A DNA stretch of 64,000 nucleotides from Balanoglossus misakiensis (Eukaryota > Animalia > Hemichordata). Each line of letters opens with the position of its first letter. Position 1 is the first letter of the stretch. The stretch is from positions 11,484,909 to 11,548,908 of the forward strand of contig CM082580.2 in NCBI GenBank assembly GCA_040954595.2, given 5' to 3'. Below the pieces are notes generated by a model that did no database searches, was not told the DNA's origin, and worked only from the letters and a program-made list of their open reading frames with translations. This document shows, piece after piece, positions 49,398-62,660 of the stretch. Both the position numbers and the translations under genes were made by a program.

Positions 49398-50106
49398 CTT
49401 CCGGAGGGTGGGGTTGATTGGAACAGCTTGCAATCATCATCACGCCCTATTTCCAAATACATATTACGAATCGTACTGTAGATGTAATCGTGAATGGCTG
49501 TGGAAAACTTCTGGTTTTAGTCGAAAATTGTGGCGAACAGCTGTTACTGGAGGATTTTTAAGATTCTTCGACTATCCTGGTATCTCGTAACGTTCAGAAG
49601 GTGAGTCTGTATAACATATCTCCTGAACTATCGGGGAATTTTCAGCTCCGGATAGGAAGTCGATGTACGTGTATACATGCATGGAAACCGCGGATGTGAT
49701 GGGAGATATCCCAGTCTTGTGGACCGGGGTGTGTTACTGTATTTTGGTTCCGTTGTAGAACGACACATCGGATGTCATCGCAGGTTATACAGCGGGGTTA
49801 TTTAGGAGTGTTATCCCCGATAGCTTGCCCTTCTGGCAAATTGTGGTCCCCCCCGAAAGAAGTTGAACGCCACGGTAGCTCAGCTGTCTCACCTGCCGAG
49901 TGACGGTAATGTACGTCATCAATGGGTGTAAACATTTCAAGCGCGCTATAGTTTTCACTCCACAACGGTTCCCGAGTTTTAACAGGCCTGTCTTTCTATA
50001 TCTCTCTGCACGCCAGGATTTTCTTTGAAGGGACTTGAGTTCCACTAACGCGAAGTCGATCCTGTCACGGGGGATTTATCGTCAACAAAAGTTGTCGTTT
50101 GCTCAG
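49398..50106 (+). other. Two probable alternative non-coding first exons and promoters of an unidentified + strand gene
   Basis: CpG-rich block with TTCCGG, GGGTGGGG and GATTGG at ~49399-49420; consensus donors AAG|GTGAGT (49600/49601) and CAG|GTAAGT (50106/50107); no credible ORF; followed by ~14 kb of CpG-poor intron-like DNA. Confidence 0.5.
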
Positions 50107-53100
50107 GTAAGTAATGTACATTTTAGTAATCACAACGAAATCACAACACGATCAGCTGTTGGAAATAATGGCTGACGCATGATATACTGGGAAACTGTGA
50201 GTTGGCGTAAAACTAGTAGTCTATATCCTTGGAGCAGGCATTATACCGGCTACTGACTGCTTTGCAAATATCAACAACAATGGTTACGCCCGACAGACAT
50301 TAAAAAAATGCTCATCCTTTGTCAATATAGTTAATAGGGATCTCTGATGTCACAAGAAAGAAATAAGTGACACCTATTGACCAGACCTGACTAAGAAGAT
50401 GAGCATTATTTTAGTGACATTTATGTACTGTTCGGAAATATTGTTCCATATAGTTGCCAATATCTGTACTACCAGACGATCTTATAAGCGTACAGTGATT
50501 AAACCAGCAAAGGTGTGTCAGGACCAAGGTTCAGTTATGTCTTCTATTTGTGAAATTTACATATCATGTGAGACTTATGATTTTTCTTTAAGTGCTTAAT
50601 TTTTAGGGTGCTATGTCTGTAACTTATTAAATTTATGTACACATGATTGTGTGTGTGTGTGGAACTGATATCACATATATGTGAGGAGGTTACTCTGTGC
50701 TTATTAACAGCCTTTGAGAGGCTTGTAAATGTATGGAGTTGTAAACTCCCTAAGTAATCTTAGGCACGTACAAGATTCTGGTGTTGAGGTCAGTGCCTTT
50801 TCTTGGTATTTGTACAATGGTTCTACTAATATAAATTAATTGATTTACTTTTAATTAATTAATCATTGTCCTTTACATTGGTGTGATAGTGACATACAAA
50901 ACTTTTCTCCTTGGGAGCAACTCTTGCTATGATGAATATAAGCAAGGGTTGGGTCCTAGTTGCCCTCCATTGTATCTGGTGTGAACACAAGAATTGACCT
51001 TTTTTTCTAAAGTAACAATAGATGTAAGGTGTGTACGGATGAAATTCCAACCCATTTGGTGTGCAGAAGTTGTATGCAGTTGACACCAATACTAAATCTG
51101 AGGTTTAAATCTAGGAGCATTTGCATATTTGTATTAAGTATAAGTTTTGAGTAACCAGTCATTAATTGACATTTAATGGGGTAAAGTATGGCAGAATTCT
51201 CCTTGAAAATCTAATGGAGTGAAGGGTCAACCTGTGAAAAGAGGTAGATTTTTTGCATGTCCGCTCGTGTATTTTGAGTATATCTCGTGTACAAGAATAA
51301 CTGCTAGCTATCTTTATAATCCACTACATGTACAAATGTACTAGTTATTGGTTGTTACTGTTGATTTTAAACAGTAAAGCGTACAAAGTAAATGCCCATG
51401 TATTTACCCCTCTTTTGTGTTGAAAAAGAAAGGAGTTTGTCATCATGAATGAAGCACCTTTTTCTTCATCATTGCTGTTTGTTTCATATGGTGGACTTTT
51501 GTACTTGTTAATACTGAGACACATTTGTGAGACTGGTAGGTTTATTTGGGGGGGGGGGAGGGGGGGGGGGGAACATGCCGTCTCTCGAGGTTTAACCAGA
51601 TCATGTTTGTGTAAGCCATTCAACTAGTTTAGCTGTCAGCCTTTTTGATTACATAATGTAAGTTGCAATAAAAATATAACCAGGACAGAGTATTATTGGG
51701 AAGTGGAGTTTGTAAGAAGCCCTGCTGCTCTGCAGGGAAGCAACAGGTTTCAATTGTTGTGCAAATGTGGTTTCACAGTCGCACTGAAACGTCTATACAT
51801 GTACTTGCTCCTGGAGGGCTGAAGCAAATGTGAACAGTCAGAAATAATTGTCTCATATTCAAGACTATTAATCCACCTCCAAGCATCAGTGTGAGACAAG
51901 TTACATCAACTGAGTCATTCTGATTGGGTGGGTCATGGTCCTAATGGTCTATCATTGAATTTCTTCTGCGACAGGATAAATTTAAGGAAAAAATAAAATT
52001 TCCAAATTTTTATGTAATTTCCTATGAATAATATTTCTATAGATTTAGGTAGTTACGCACACAGCTTTCTTTAACTTAGCCTACGGAAAATATTTTGTCT
52101 CTTTGAGGTGAGCAGAATTTTTAATCTGTTCTTCAGTTTGAACAAACACATTTTTCATGATGTCATGGTTTGACAAGGCCAGTTTGCTAATTATTAAACT
52201 CTTAACTGATTTGGGATGAAATGGTTGTATAATGGTTAAGCTATTGTTCTTTTGCCTGTTACTGTGCAAATCTGGTTAAACGGTTAGGAATGACATGTGA
52301 CAGACAAATCAGTGAACGGATAAATGTCTTTTGTTATTGACCCATCATTACGATTTAATCTAGAGTTTTTCTAATGCGACTGTGCCATCTCGTATCTATT
52401 ATATCTAAATTGATGTTAGAACACTCCCCCCTTTATTAAATTTTTACAAACATAATAGATCACAATTACTGCCGTGGTTAAAAAAATAATGCCTTATGAT
52501 AAGTAATTAAGTTACATTGCAATTTTCTATACCTTTCCTCAGCAGACCACAGAGGGTGAGAGCGTTGCTATGGTTACTTGGTATATATAGGTCTCATCAA
52601 AGCGAACACAGTTGTATTCAGAGATTTGATATTAATGATTTGTCAGTGCTGTAGTTAAAATGATGTACTGCACATAAAGTAATAATGCTATATTGATTTG
52701 CACTGTATGGTGCCTTGGGACATAATTAAATGGTATATTTGTCTCATGATTTTACCATTTGAAATATTGAAATACACATGTATACATGTAACAAACTGCA
52801 ATGCAGAGAATCAGAAAGTTATTGCTAGATTGTACACTTTCCTGTATTACATGTGTAGTTTTGCAATGATTGTGTTGTTATAACGTGGGATTTATATGTA
52901 CATGTACTACACATCCATGATCATATACTGTTTACCAAAGAAAGCAAGAACCATACCCCAACACAGCCAAATAAGTTGCTATGCTTTGGAAACATACTTG
53001 GTCCCTTGGCAGTAAAGATTTTGAACAAATTTTTTATTGAGTAACCTATTTGTGTGATAACAGTATCGATCGCCTTGCTTCTCTCCTGATAAGGTCTTTA

Positions 53101-55653
53101 GCCTTAAAATTATTGCGTGGACCAAAAAAGTCCCCAATTTGACGTCTTAAATGTGTTATCTCTTCAGAGGACTAAGGGAAATTATTACATGTTTACCGGC
53201 CCACCCTGTAAGCTTTTTTGCAATATACTTCATAGCATCTGTGGCTGGTCTGAGTGCGCAATTCTATATGGCAGGTGAGACCCTTAAGCCAGGTTATTTA
53301 CAAGGTGGAATTTTTTGGTTGCTCCATTGGTAACCAAATACTGGCCGACTGCCAAGCCAGATAAGGTGGGTTTATCATTTCCAGTACGGTTGGCCTTTTT
53401 AAAAGTACCAACAGCATTTTTTAGCCTTTTCAAAAACAACTGTGGTTATTTACCAGCAATTCAAAATAACTTTTCAGTTCTACTGATGGATGAAGGAATT
53501 CTAGACTAGGACAAGCATAAAGGTCGTCCTGAAGTAGAATTTCAGGTGCTGGTGATGCATGTATGTGGGGCTCCTCCCTGTCGTCCCGATGACATGACTC
53601 ACAATTTGACACTATCACACACCCCTCCCTATATCCCTCTGAATGGGTCCGATCACACAACTGAAAACAATAGGAGTGAACCAAATGTCATAATAAAAGG
53701 GTTTGTTTCAGCAGTTGTCGTGATCGAGACAACAAACCTGCCATGACTTTTGACTGCGTACCATTGTAGTCTCCTCAATTCACCATTTCGTGCGTGAGGT
53801 TGGGTCTTGTACATTGTTTGTATAGGGGTCGCCACATCCAGATGTTTCCCCCTGCCGGAAATCATACCAGTTTATCAATGTTGGCTTATAAGTATACACG
53901 CCCTTCAAGATGGGGGCATTCGTGGTTTTAGGACATTCAATTAACTTTTAATGATTGTTGACATTAAAGGGCCAGACAGACAGAGGTGGAAGATTTTGAT
54001 GGAATGTTGCACCTCAGCCCCAAAACTGTCCGATGTGACCTGGCTGTTGCAGTTGTCGAGTCCAGCTGCAGCATGGTGGTCAGTCCAGCATGACGATTAA
54101 GGAAAATTGCCAAGCTCAACTTATGAACAAAAAAGACAGGAAGTGATGCATCAGTTACGCTGAAGTGCAATTTCTCTGATTTGGAAAGTTTTAACAAGTA
54201 CAAGTTTATTAAGAATGCCGAAAATGTGAGCTTCTAAGTCGCAAGCAAAAAAAAATCCACAGTACGTAAAAGTTTCTGAAAATGAAAGGGTATAGGTGGT
54301 AGTTGTGTTGAAAGGCAAGCAGAGGTCATGACCCCTGTCTTTTAAGGCATTCTTTCATATCCTTCTGATGGTGGAGTATTTACATAGGTATTTGACAGTG
54401 TTGTCATATGACTGGGACCGACTACTTGTTGGCATACCTGTCTTGTGTTCTTTAACACCAGGGGCAACCAGCAAGGGGAGATTTTTTTGTGAACTTCGAA
54501 GTGTGAATTTAAATAAAACTGACTGATACATGTAGTCATCAACAGACTGGAGGAGTCTCTCAGGGTCACAGATATTTATTACACACATTCGTACTCATGT
54601 TTTGAATATCACGAAGACATAAAAAATACCACGTGAAATACACAGTCGACTGATGCTGTATAAGCAAGGAACCCTTATGGAGTATTGATATGGTGTAAGA
54701 TTTGTTATTAAAATAAAACCCATTTGATCAAGGCAAGTGCTGAATGGAGTCATATACTCTAAAAATGAAGCCAGTCGAAGACATTATTTTATGCATTCTT
54801 TTGTGTGCTGTACCCACTGTTTATCTGAGTGATGAAAAGTTCATACGGACCAGTCAGATATCGGGTGGCTAGTATAACCTGGGTTATTGTCGTTCAGCAG
54901 GCCATGAGTGAGTGTTGAGTTACGACATGGCCATCAGCCAACAAAGGCCCTGCCAGTATACATGTATATCCTTTCAATAGCCATTCCAAGTGGGGTGAAT
55001 TCTTCCAGTGGTGTTGTCAATCTGAGTACAGTTCACTACATTATGTGCCTCGATTGAAAGGAAATCTGAAAGAAAAGATCTTTCAGAGACTCCGTAAATC
55101 ATTGCCCTTGAGAATTTTGCATCATGTTGTATCTACATGTGGTAGTATAAAATTGTTCTCTTTATAAAAATATCTGAGCTATAAGTCACTCAGCCATGCT
55201 AAATGCATACATGTATATTCATCAAGCTATGTCTGATTGCATGTGTACACCCAGATACATACAACGACATATTAAAATCAAGCAATTCTGAGATTTCTGT
55301 GGGAAAATAAGTGGAACAACAGAAGTGTGAATGAACAGAACTCTAAGTTTAAGGACACATTTCAAAAGGGGCATACAGCTCATGCCCTGTAATCAGTCGG
55401 TATCCTTTCAGTTATGCTCAGAAATTATGTGTGCGAGAAAGAAAGGTTTGGCCTTGCTGGTATTGACGTAGATAGTGCAACAAAAGGTGCCTGCAGTCAG
55501 GGGGCAATAAAAATGTGTTTAGGTCAACATGTAGTTAAGCTGAAATTGCCTTTAAAACAGGCCTGTTAAGGGATGAAAGTTTCAAGGAGTACTTGGGTTA
55601 AAATGTGGTCTGTTATGAAAGAGAAACAAGCAGCTTTAAGATGGATGGATGAA

Positions 55654-55679
55654 TGTCTGTCTGTCTGTCTGTCTGTCTG
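55654..55679. repeat. (TGTC)n microsatellite
   Basis: tgtctgtctgtctgtctgtctgtctg. Confidence 0.85.
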
Positions 55680-55923
55680 ATAGTTTTCAGGGCATGGACA
55701 TTTCCTGTGTGTGTTTTATTGATCCTCACAAATCAGGCTAGCAAATTTATTTAGGGCATTGATCGGTTTTAATGAAGTGAGTTAAAAGCACCACAAAAAA
55801 ACTGTAAAGCTGGTCATAAACATTGACAGACACAGACAAGAGACATGATAATTAACCATTAAAGATCTTCAATGCTAATGGTAGGTTACATGTACCTCCT
55901 GAAGATACTGTACTTGACAAAAT

Positions 55924-55978
55924 TCAACTCTCTTGACTAAATACCACCATTTCCAGTGGTTTTAGTCAAGAGAGTTGA
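55924..55978. repeat. 55-bp near-perfect inverted repeat (hairpin)
   Basis: TCAACTCTCTTGACTAAA ... TTTAGTCAAGAGAGTTGA (18-bp perfect arms) plus inner ACCAC/GTGGT pairing. Confidence 0.85.
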
Positions 55979-58900
55979 CTTCAGGAGAAACAAGTATTTA
56001 CTTAAAAATTTCAGAAGCTACCAGTCTTAAGAACAGTAGGGAGGTTTATTGGCCAGTACATCAGCTTTAACCTGTAGATTTCCCCAGGCCTGCTGCTTAG
56101 ACAAAAAATATTTTCCTTGGCCTAAAGGAAATTGCCAAATGGGGATCTCTTTAGTGTTGTAGTTATGGCCACTGTGTGGTAATTACTGTAAATTATGTAA
56201 GGTCATGACTCATGAATGTGATTCCAGTGCATTCGTAGAAAAGTTAGGGCTGTTTTGCATGTGGAGAGTCTGATCAATGAATGAAATGTCCAAATGCCTG
56301 CTCTAAACGGGGTGTACAATGTAAGTGTGATAGTTAGTGTGTGGGTATGCTCAGACTATTCCAGGTGTGTTGTGTGTGATCCGCATTCCAAGGCTTAAGA
56401 ATACATGTACATGTTAATGTCTAAGTGATGTCTTTGGGACCGGTCTGAAACCAGATTGAGAATTGTTCCACCCTTCCTGATAGAAGAAAAAATTGACTCG
56501 TTCCCATGACAACGTTATTTCCAGTAGACAGATCATTAACATTTTTATCAACTCTGCAAGAAGTACTTAATTGCTGAACTCATCCAAGGTAATTGATAAA
56601 ATTGGTGCAATCCTGTGTTAAGTATGATAACCTTTGAACCAATCAGTATAATAAGAGGTTGTGGATGCAATTGGTTATGGAGAGTACCTCTGACATTACC
56701 AATTGATGTGACTAACAGACAAAGAAATTACATATGAAAGAGCATTTATTGTAATTAAAATTTCCTTAAATGTACTGGGGACAGCCTTGAGACTGCTTTA
56801 TTGCTGCACAGTGTGTAGGTGGGCGTGTCTGACCATCGCCCATCTAATCAATGAGATACATGATGAATCATACATTGTAGCACTTTGTGTTTTAACCTCA
56901 AATCAATTTCATTTCATTCGAGGGTGTTGTGTGTGTGTGTATGTGTTAAATTTCCAATGGTTTGTCACGTTCATATCACTCCATTCTTTGACTAATGTAT
57001 ACATGTCAACATAGCTTTGCTTTCATATTGTGCCAATAATAACTGTTAATTAAATTAATCTGTGCCATTGATTAATGGTTCCATGAAGTCCTGTTGTCAT
57101 ATGAATTTGTAGATATCCTATCAGAACGATTATTCAGCAACTAGATGTGGCCATGCAAATATTGGACCAGATGTACAGTGATAGGTTTGTTTACAAGTTT
57201 TGGACGTTGCTATGCCCCCTCTGTTAGATCCAACTGGAAATTTACAGAAGATCTTTGACCTAAATGTCCAGGTCATATCCTTAAAGTTATATTAACTGCT
57301 GATGAGCAGGTTGCTGGTGATTTTGTGGGTAAACTGACAGAGTTTGAGCAAACTGGTAGCCCTGTCTTGTTCACCTGTCTTTTGTTTTCTTGCTGGTCTG
57401 TGGATGGTGTAATCAGAGTCATTATGCAATAGACATTGGTTTTCCAGGTACTTCAGTCAACCTTACCTTGAGAGTTTTATCTTGTTGGTGCTGATGGATG
57501 CCAGTGTTTGATGCACATGTATTTCTGTATATAGTACAATCTGAGTCAGGCAGCTTTAACCCTTTCATGAGATCAGGAATCATTATTTTAAAAAGGATTA
57601 ATGACCTCTGAGACATGAATACTTTGGAAACCTTTCCCCCTTTCTTTGCACATTAAAAAGGGAACCAGTTGCGAGTCATGATTCTTGCGGTAAAACAATA
57701 GATTTTATTGCAGTTGAATAGTTTCAGCTCATTAGCCAGTGTGTAATCGTTCCCTGGTCTTTGTAACTGTTGCATCAATCGTGGAACAAAGACACTTTAA
57801 GTTTAACTGCTGGAATGTAGATCTATTGCTGTTATTGTCGGTTTCTACAGCAGGTCGTTGGAAAATGAATCAGGTTGTTGTTTTGGCCCATGGTTCCAGG
57901 ATTTCTACCCGGGCTGAAGGGGAGACAAGTGTTTCTTTGTGAAGAAAGTGCAGAGCAACTTAACTAATTATATGTATTGTCCTACTATGAAACCATCATT
58001 TCAGTCTTCATTCCTACAGATTGGTTTTATGTATTAAATGTCATGATATTGCGTGAGGTCATTTAATAAAAAAGTTAACACTCATTAGTCAATAGAATTG
58101 ACCGAGTCTGATTAAACAAATAGACTAGATAATTGGTTCATATGGAAACAACCTTCATCTAATTTTTCAACACACCTTTTGGTGTTAATCCCCCAGTGTG
58201 AAGAGAATAACATAATTACAAGAGATGTTCAACCGGCCTTGGGTTCAGATTATGGCTACTGAATCCCACCCACAGTATCAGTTAAAGCTTTAATTTGTCT
58301 TTTGCATCAAAAAGGAGATAATAAGGTTTCAGTACAAAGCTTTCCTATTCAATGGAACTGCAGAAAAAAGGGGGGAAATTATTAAACTTGGTCCTTGCAA
58401 TCGAGTGGAGTTTTGCTGGTCGTATAAATACAGTTAATATGTAGATATGATTATGAATTTACTGATTCACGACTATCACAGAAAGGTTGGAGTATATCTT
58501 ATTGACTGCACAAGCAGTCAATAATCTTTAGTCCATAATCTAAAGTCATGAAAGTTGTAGAAATACCATCATTCTCTATGTTTTCTAGGAAGCATGTCAT
58601 GGCATGTTTAAATTTGTCAATTTGGAAGACTTTCATTTTGTGAATATCAGGTATGTGTCTTCTCGGAATTTCACAGGGGTGTGTCAACTGGTGGCATGTG
58701 ACCTTAGATTTTCAGATAGCCTGTTCCACCTATTAAACAACCACAGTGTGTGCAGAAAGGTGTGGATGGATATACAGATATGCAAAGTATTCCAATAAGC
58801 CCAGTTGCGTAGTTTAAAAAGGATACGGTAAGAGGCATTACACTGTACCCTTAATTAATAGGAGTGTAAATATCATCATGAAAGGAACAACATATTAACA

Positions 58901-60886
58901 TTTTTCAGGTTTTTATTGGAACCGTAAATTTGTCATGAGTAGATTATAATTCATATCTTGCTGTCATTTGGAATGTACTTGTGGTGTAAATGGATCATTT
59001 CATAGTTCCACCTTCCCTTTAATACCCAGTTCTAGTTGCTGTTCTTAGTGCTGTCTAGTGAGTGATAATCTCTAATAATAGAAATTGGAATACAGAAGCT
59101 AATTCAGATGTTTTGGTCATACTGAAATTTACCAGGAAAATCAAAAAAAGGTGAGTGGGTCTACCTGTTACCCAGAGTGCAATTCACTGTCTTGTGATTT
59201 GAAACCCCACCATCGCAAAGTAAACAAGCTGAGTAAGAATTCCTCAGAAGAAACACTTGAGTGGACATAAGTATACAAGCAGGTGTTGCATTCCATGCCT
59301 GTGTCGTTTGAATTCTTGTCATAATCACCTTGAGACAGATAATTAACTGCTGCACTTGAATTCGTGGTACCTACGTGCAAGCTTCCTCGTGCATAATGAG
59401 ATGCACGGTACTGTAAACATGACCGACAGTGCCACACATGATCACACATAAAAATCAACAAGATCACCTTTACTCAGTCCTTACCTCCCTCCCTCCCTAC
59501 CCCTCCTTGGCAAGTGAGCCCACCCACACTCTGGGAAAGAATAAGGTCAAACCAAGTAGTAACAGTGAAGAAGGTAGAATTGCCTGTTCTTTTGGAACAA
59601 AGGAATATGACACACAGACATTGTCACTGTTTAAATTGAAGTTCTATTTGGCTTATCCCTTCCCAAAACTCTTTTATAGTTTACCCAGCTAGACTTGCAT
59701 CGGCTAAATTTGTATACCCAGGGTGTAATGCCTCCATCTCCACAATGTCTTCAGCAAACACACATTGGAAGTTTTTGGTTGTAACTTATTTGACATGCCA
59801 ATTGATGCCTGCTTTAGCCCTCATGAGTGTTTGATCCGGAAAGATCTTAGCTTGTAAAGACTTCCGTTGGCTGCCTAATGGGATTTGTTCTTGTCAAGAC
59901 TTGTATGTAATTCATACCCTGTCTAGATCCAGTGTTAGTCTGATTATGTTTGTAATAATATTCGTGCCTGTTTTAGTGAACGAGTGTTCCAAGTATTTTA
60001 ATTAACATATGTCTCAGCATTTGAATGGTATAATTTAAATTACCATGGCTATTATATTGAATTGTTGTTTTGTTTGCTGCATGATGAAATGTCTCTAAAC
60101 CTGTTTGCTCCACAAATACAGAATTGTATTACCTTGAACACTAACCCATCTTGGAAAGCATCACTGAGGTTCATTGGAGGGTTGAGATTCAGGTCCTTAT
60201 GAACTGCGCTGTCATTGAAACAGACCCTGTCACGTAAAGTCAGTGTAGCATGCATGGCTTTTAGAGACTTTGTGATTTGTTCCTGTTTATGGATTCAAAG
60301 AATGGCTTCTCATTCATTCCTGGAATGTATGACCAGGACACTGGCCTGCATACTGATCAGCACGCACTTTCTGTTTACTCTTTAAAAAGTTGTCCCTGCG
60401 CCGTAAGAGAAATCACTGACCATGTCAACCGTGTGTAAAAATATCATTTTTAGTCTCTCAGGTTTTGTTTCACGTCACAAAAAACAGCATGGTGAAGATG
60501 CAGATATTGTCTTTTAGTTTCCACTCATCATGCGAGAAAAGTCCGAAAGATTGAGTGAGAAAGGGGTTGGTTTTGAAGCCCGCTTTTGTGCCCAGCACAT
60601 AATAGGGACTCTCGGAACAAAGTTCGTTTGTTGTTGAGGATGAAGAAAGCAGATTTGGGTTGACAAAAAACCTGGTAGACAGAAGACCCCTTTGTCAGTA
60701 AGCTACGAACGTTTTATGTAGTGTGAATCAATGTGGTTGTTCAGGCATGCTAGGGCTCCATAAACTGCATTTTTTTCAATTGGCAGTTTTTGTGCTGGGC
60801 AGTGCTTGCATGGGTGAAGCAAGTCCTTAGCGATTCTGGCTTGGAGTGAGTTCTTGTGGAGTTGCTGGAGGGACTAGTATGTGTCT

Positions 60887-60983
60887 TTGACCCTTTCACC
60901 CCATTGCCTTTTTAGAATGATCCAACTTTACAATAGAATACCATGGATTTTGGACCAAACCATGGTGGTGAAAAGGGTTTTAA
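60887..60983. mobile_element. ~90-bp MITE-like element with CCCTTT terminal inverted repeats
   Basis: TTGA-CCCTTTCACC ... GGTGAAAAGGG-TTTTAA; a related TTAACCCTTT...AAAGGATTAA element lies at 57556-57601. Confidence 0.5.
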
Positions 60984-62593
60984 ATCCAAAGAAACCAGAC
61001 TATTGGCACTGGATCCAGATAGCTTGTCTGTCTGCAGTAGTCAAGATGTATGGTACATGTATGTACCCTGTCAACAGCAAGCTCAGATTTCAAGTATATT
61101 AGTGGCAACGAGCCCAGGTCTGCAGCCCCAGGTACCTGTGAGTGGCAAAATGGCAAAGAAGCCAGACGTTCTCCTGCAACATGGCTTGCAGGTTAATAGC
61201 TGCAGTGGTCGACAGTGACACCTGTTGATTTGGTGCAACTGCACAGACTCTTGCAGATTGCTTTCCAGGTTGTAATGACCAGCGCTTGGCAACAGCGCAT
61301 CTGATTAACTCTGAATTGAGACTGGTTATTTGCTGGCATTCATCGAACTGGCAATAGTTGATTTAATTTCCCAGTAGTGGACATCAGCGACATTCCTTGG
61401 GGTAGAGTCTTAGTTGTTAGCAGACCTGCAGTCATGTCTGCCGACAATGCAGAAGGAGAGCCATTTGTAGTCGTCAGTCTGCCAGTTGTTGGTAGCTGGC
61501 TGTTTTTGGGTGTGTGTGTTGGTGTTCTGGGTGTGTGAAAAGCAGCCATGATTTTTGGCAAGAAGAGAGGTCGGGCCCTTGTGGAACACACCATTGTCGA
61601 GGACTCTAAAATTGGGTTACCCGTTCAACCTGGCTTCACAAAGGGAAACAATTGATTTCCTTACCCCCTTTTGTAAGAATTCTACTTTTTGGAGATCACA
61701 GTTACTCGGCCTCCTTACTGGCATGTTACAGCTGAGAACTGTAAGACCTTTGGAATCTTGTGGAGTTTCTTTTCACTGACTCTGATGTGTTCCATACATC
61801 ATACATGTATATGATCGAGATCGGATGCTCGGCCAATTTTGGAGCATCTGCCAAGTGGCTCAGATTTACTAGACCTGTGTTTATGTCTTCTGCTGCTCAC
61901 TCAGGTAATTTCAATACTGCTGCAGTGAAGTATTTGTGAAGTATCTTGAGAATGTTTGGCTGTATACATTTAACGACTTTTCCGACAATTAACATTGATG
62001 ATCAGATATGGAGAGAATTGATAAAAATGGAAAGTGGGGCACGGGGAATTATCATAAAAACCTGCCCTCCTTTTCTTGTTTCTTTGAAGTGCATAGTTTG
62101 TCCCGGGCAACTTTTCATCCCGCGAAATGCAAATATTTGTCAACATCTAAAGTTTGACACTGCAGTATGTACTCGGTATTCATGTCTCAGGCCGTCGATG
62201 TGTCGCTCTAATTTGCATAGGTAGTTCAAAAATTTGTGGATGATACTCAGGCACAAGCACCTGGATTGAATTCCACCAAGAGAACATTTTGGCATAGCAT
62301 TCAGGGATATTGAATAAAGTGATCAGTTCACTGAATTGACACTCCATGTGTGAAATATTGTTTTGTGTCTGTTTATGTAATCAAATGAATTTTCTTTGAA
62401 ATTGACCTGCAGCATACACATATGCTGGTAGTAATATGGTGTTGATTGTATTGTAAAGTAAACTGACTTTTGTGTGGTATAGGATTATCTGGTTGTTTTT
62501 GATGGCGTATGGTCACTTGAATTTTTTATGTGTATAGTTACAATGTGTCACTGGAAATCCATAGACAGGCTCACTTGTCTTGGTCTGGATTTC

Positions 62594-62660
62594 TGTGTGT
62601 GTGTATGTGTGTGTGTGTACATGTATGTATGTGTGTATGTGCATACGTTTGTGTGCGTGC
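62594..62660. repeat. Imperfect (TG)n microsatellite
   Basis: tgtgtgtgtgtatgtgtgtgtgtgtacatgtatgtatgtgtgtatgtg. Confidence 0.85.

Noticed and set aside
60943-61218. 91-aa + strand ORF preceded by an acceptor-like TTTTAG
   Set aside because: The ATG and acceptor lie inside a MITE-like element and the peptide has no recognisable motif.
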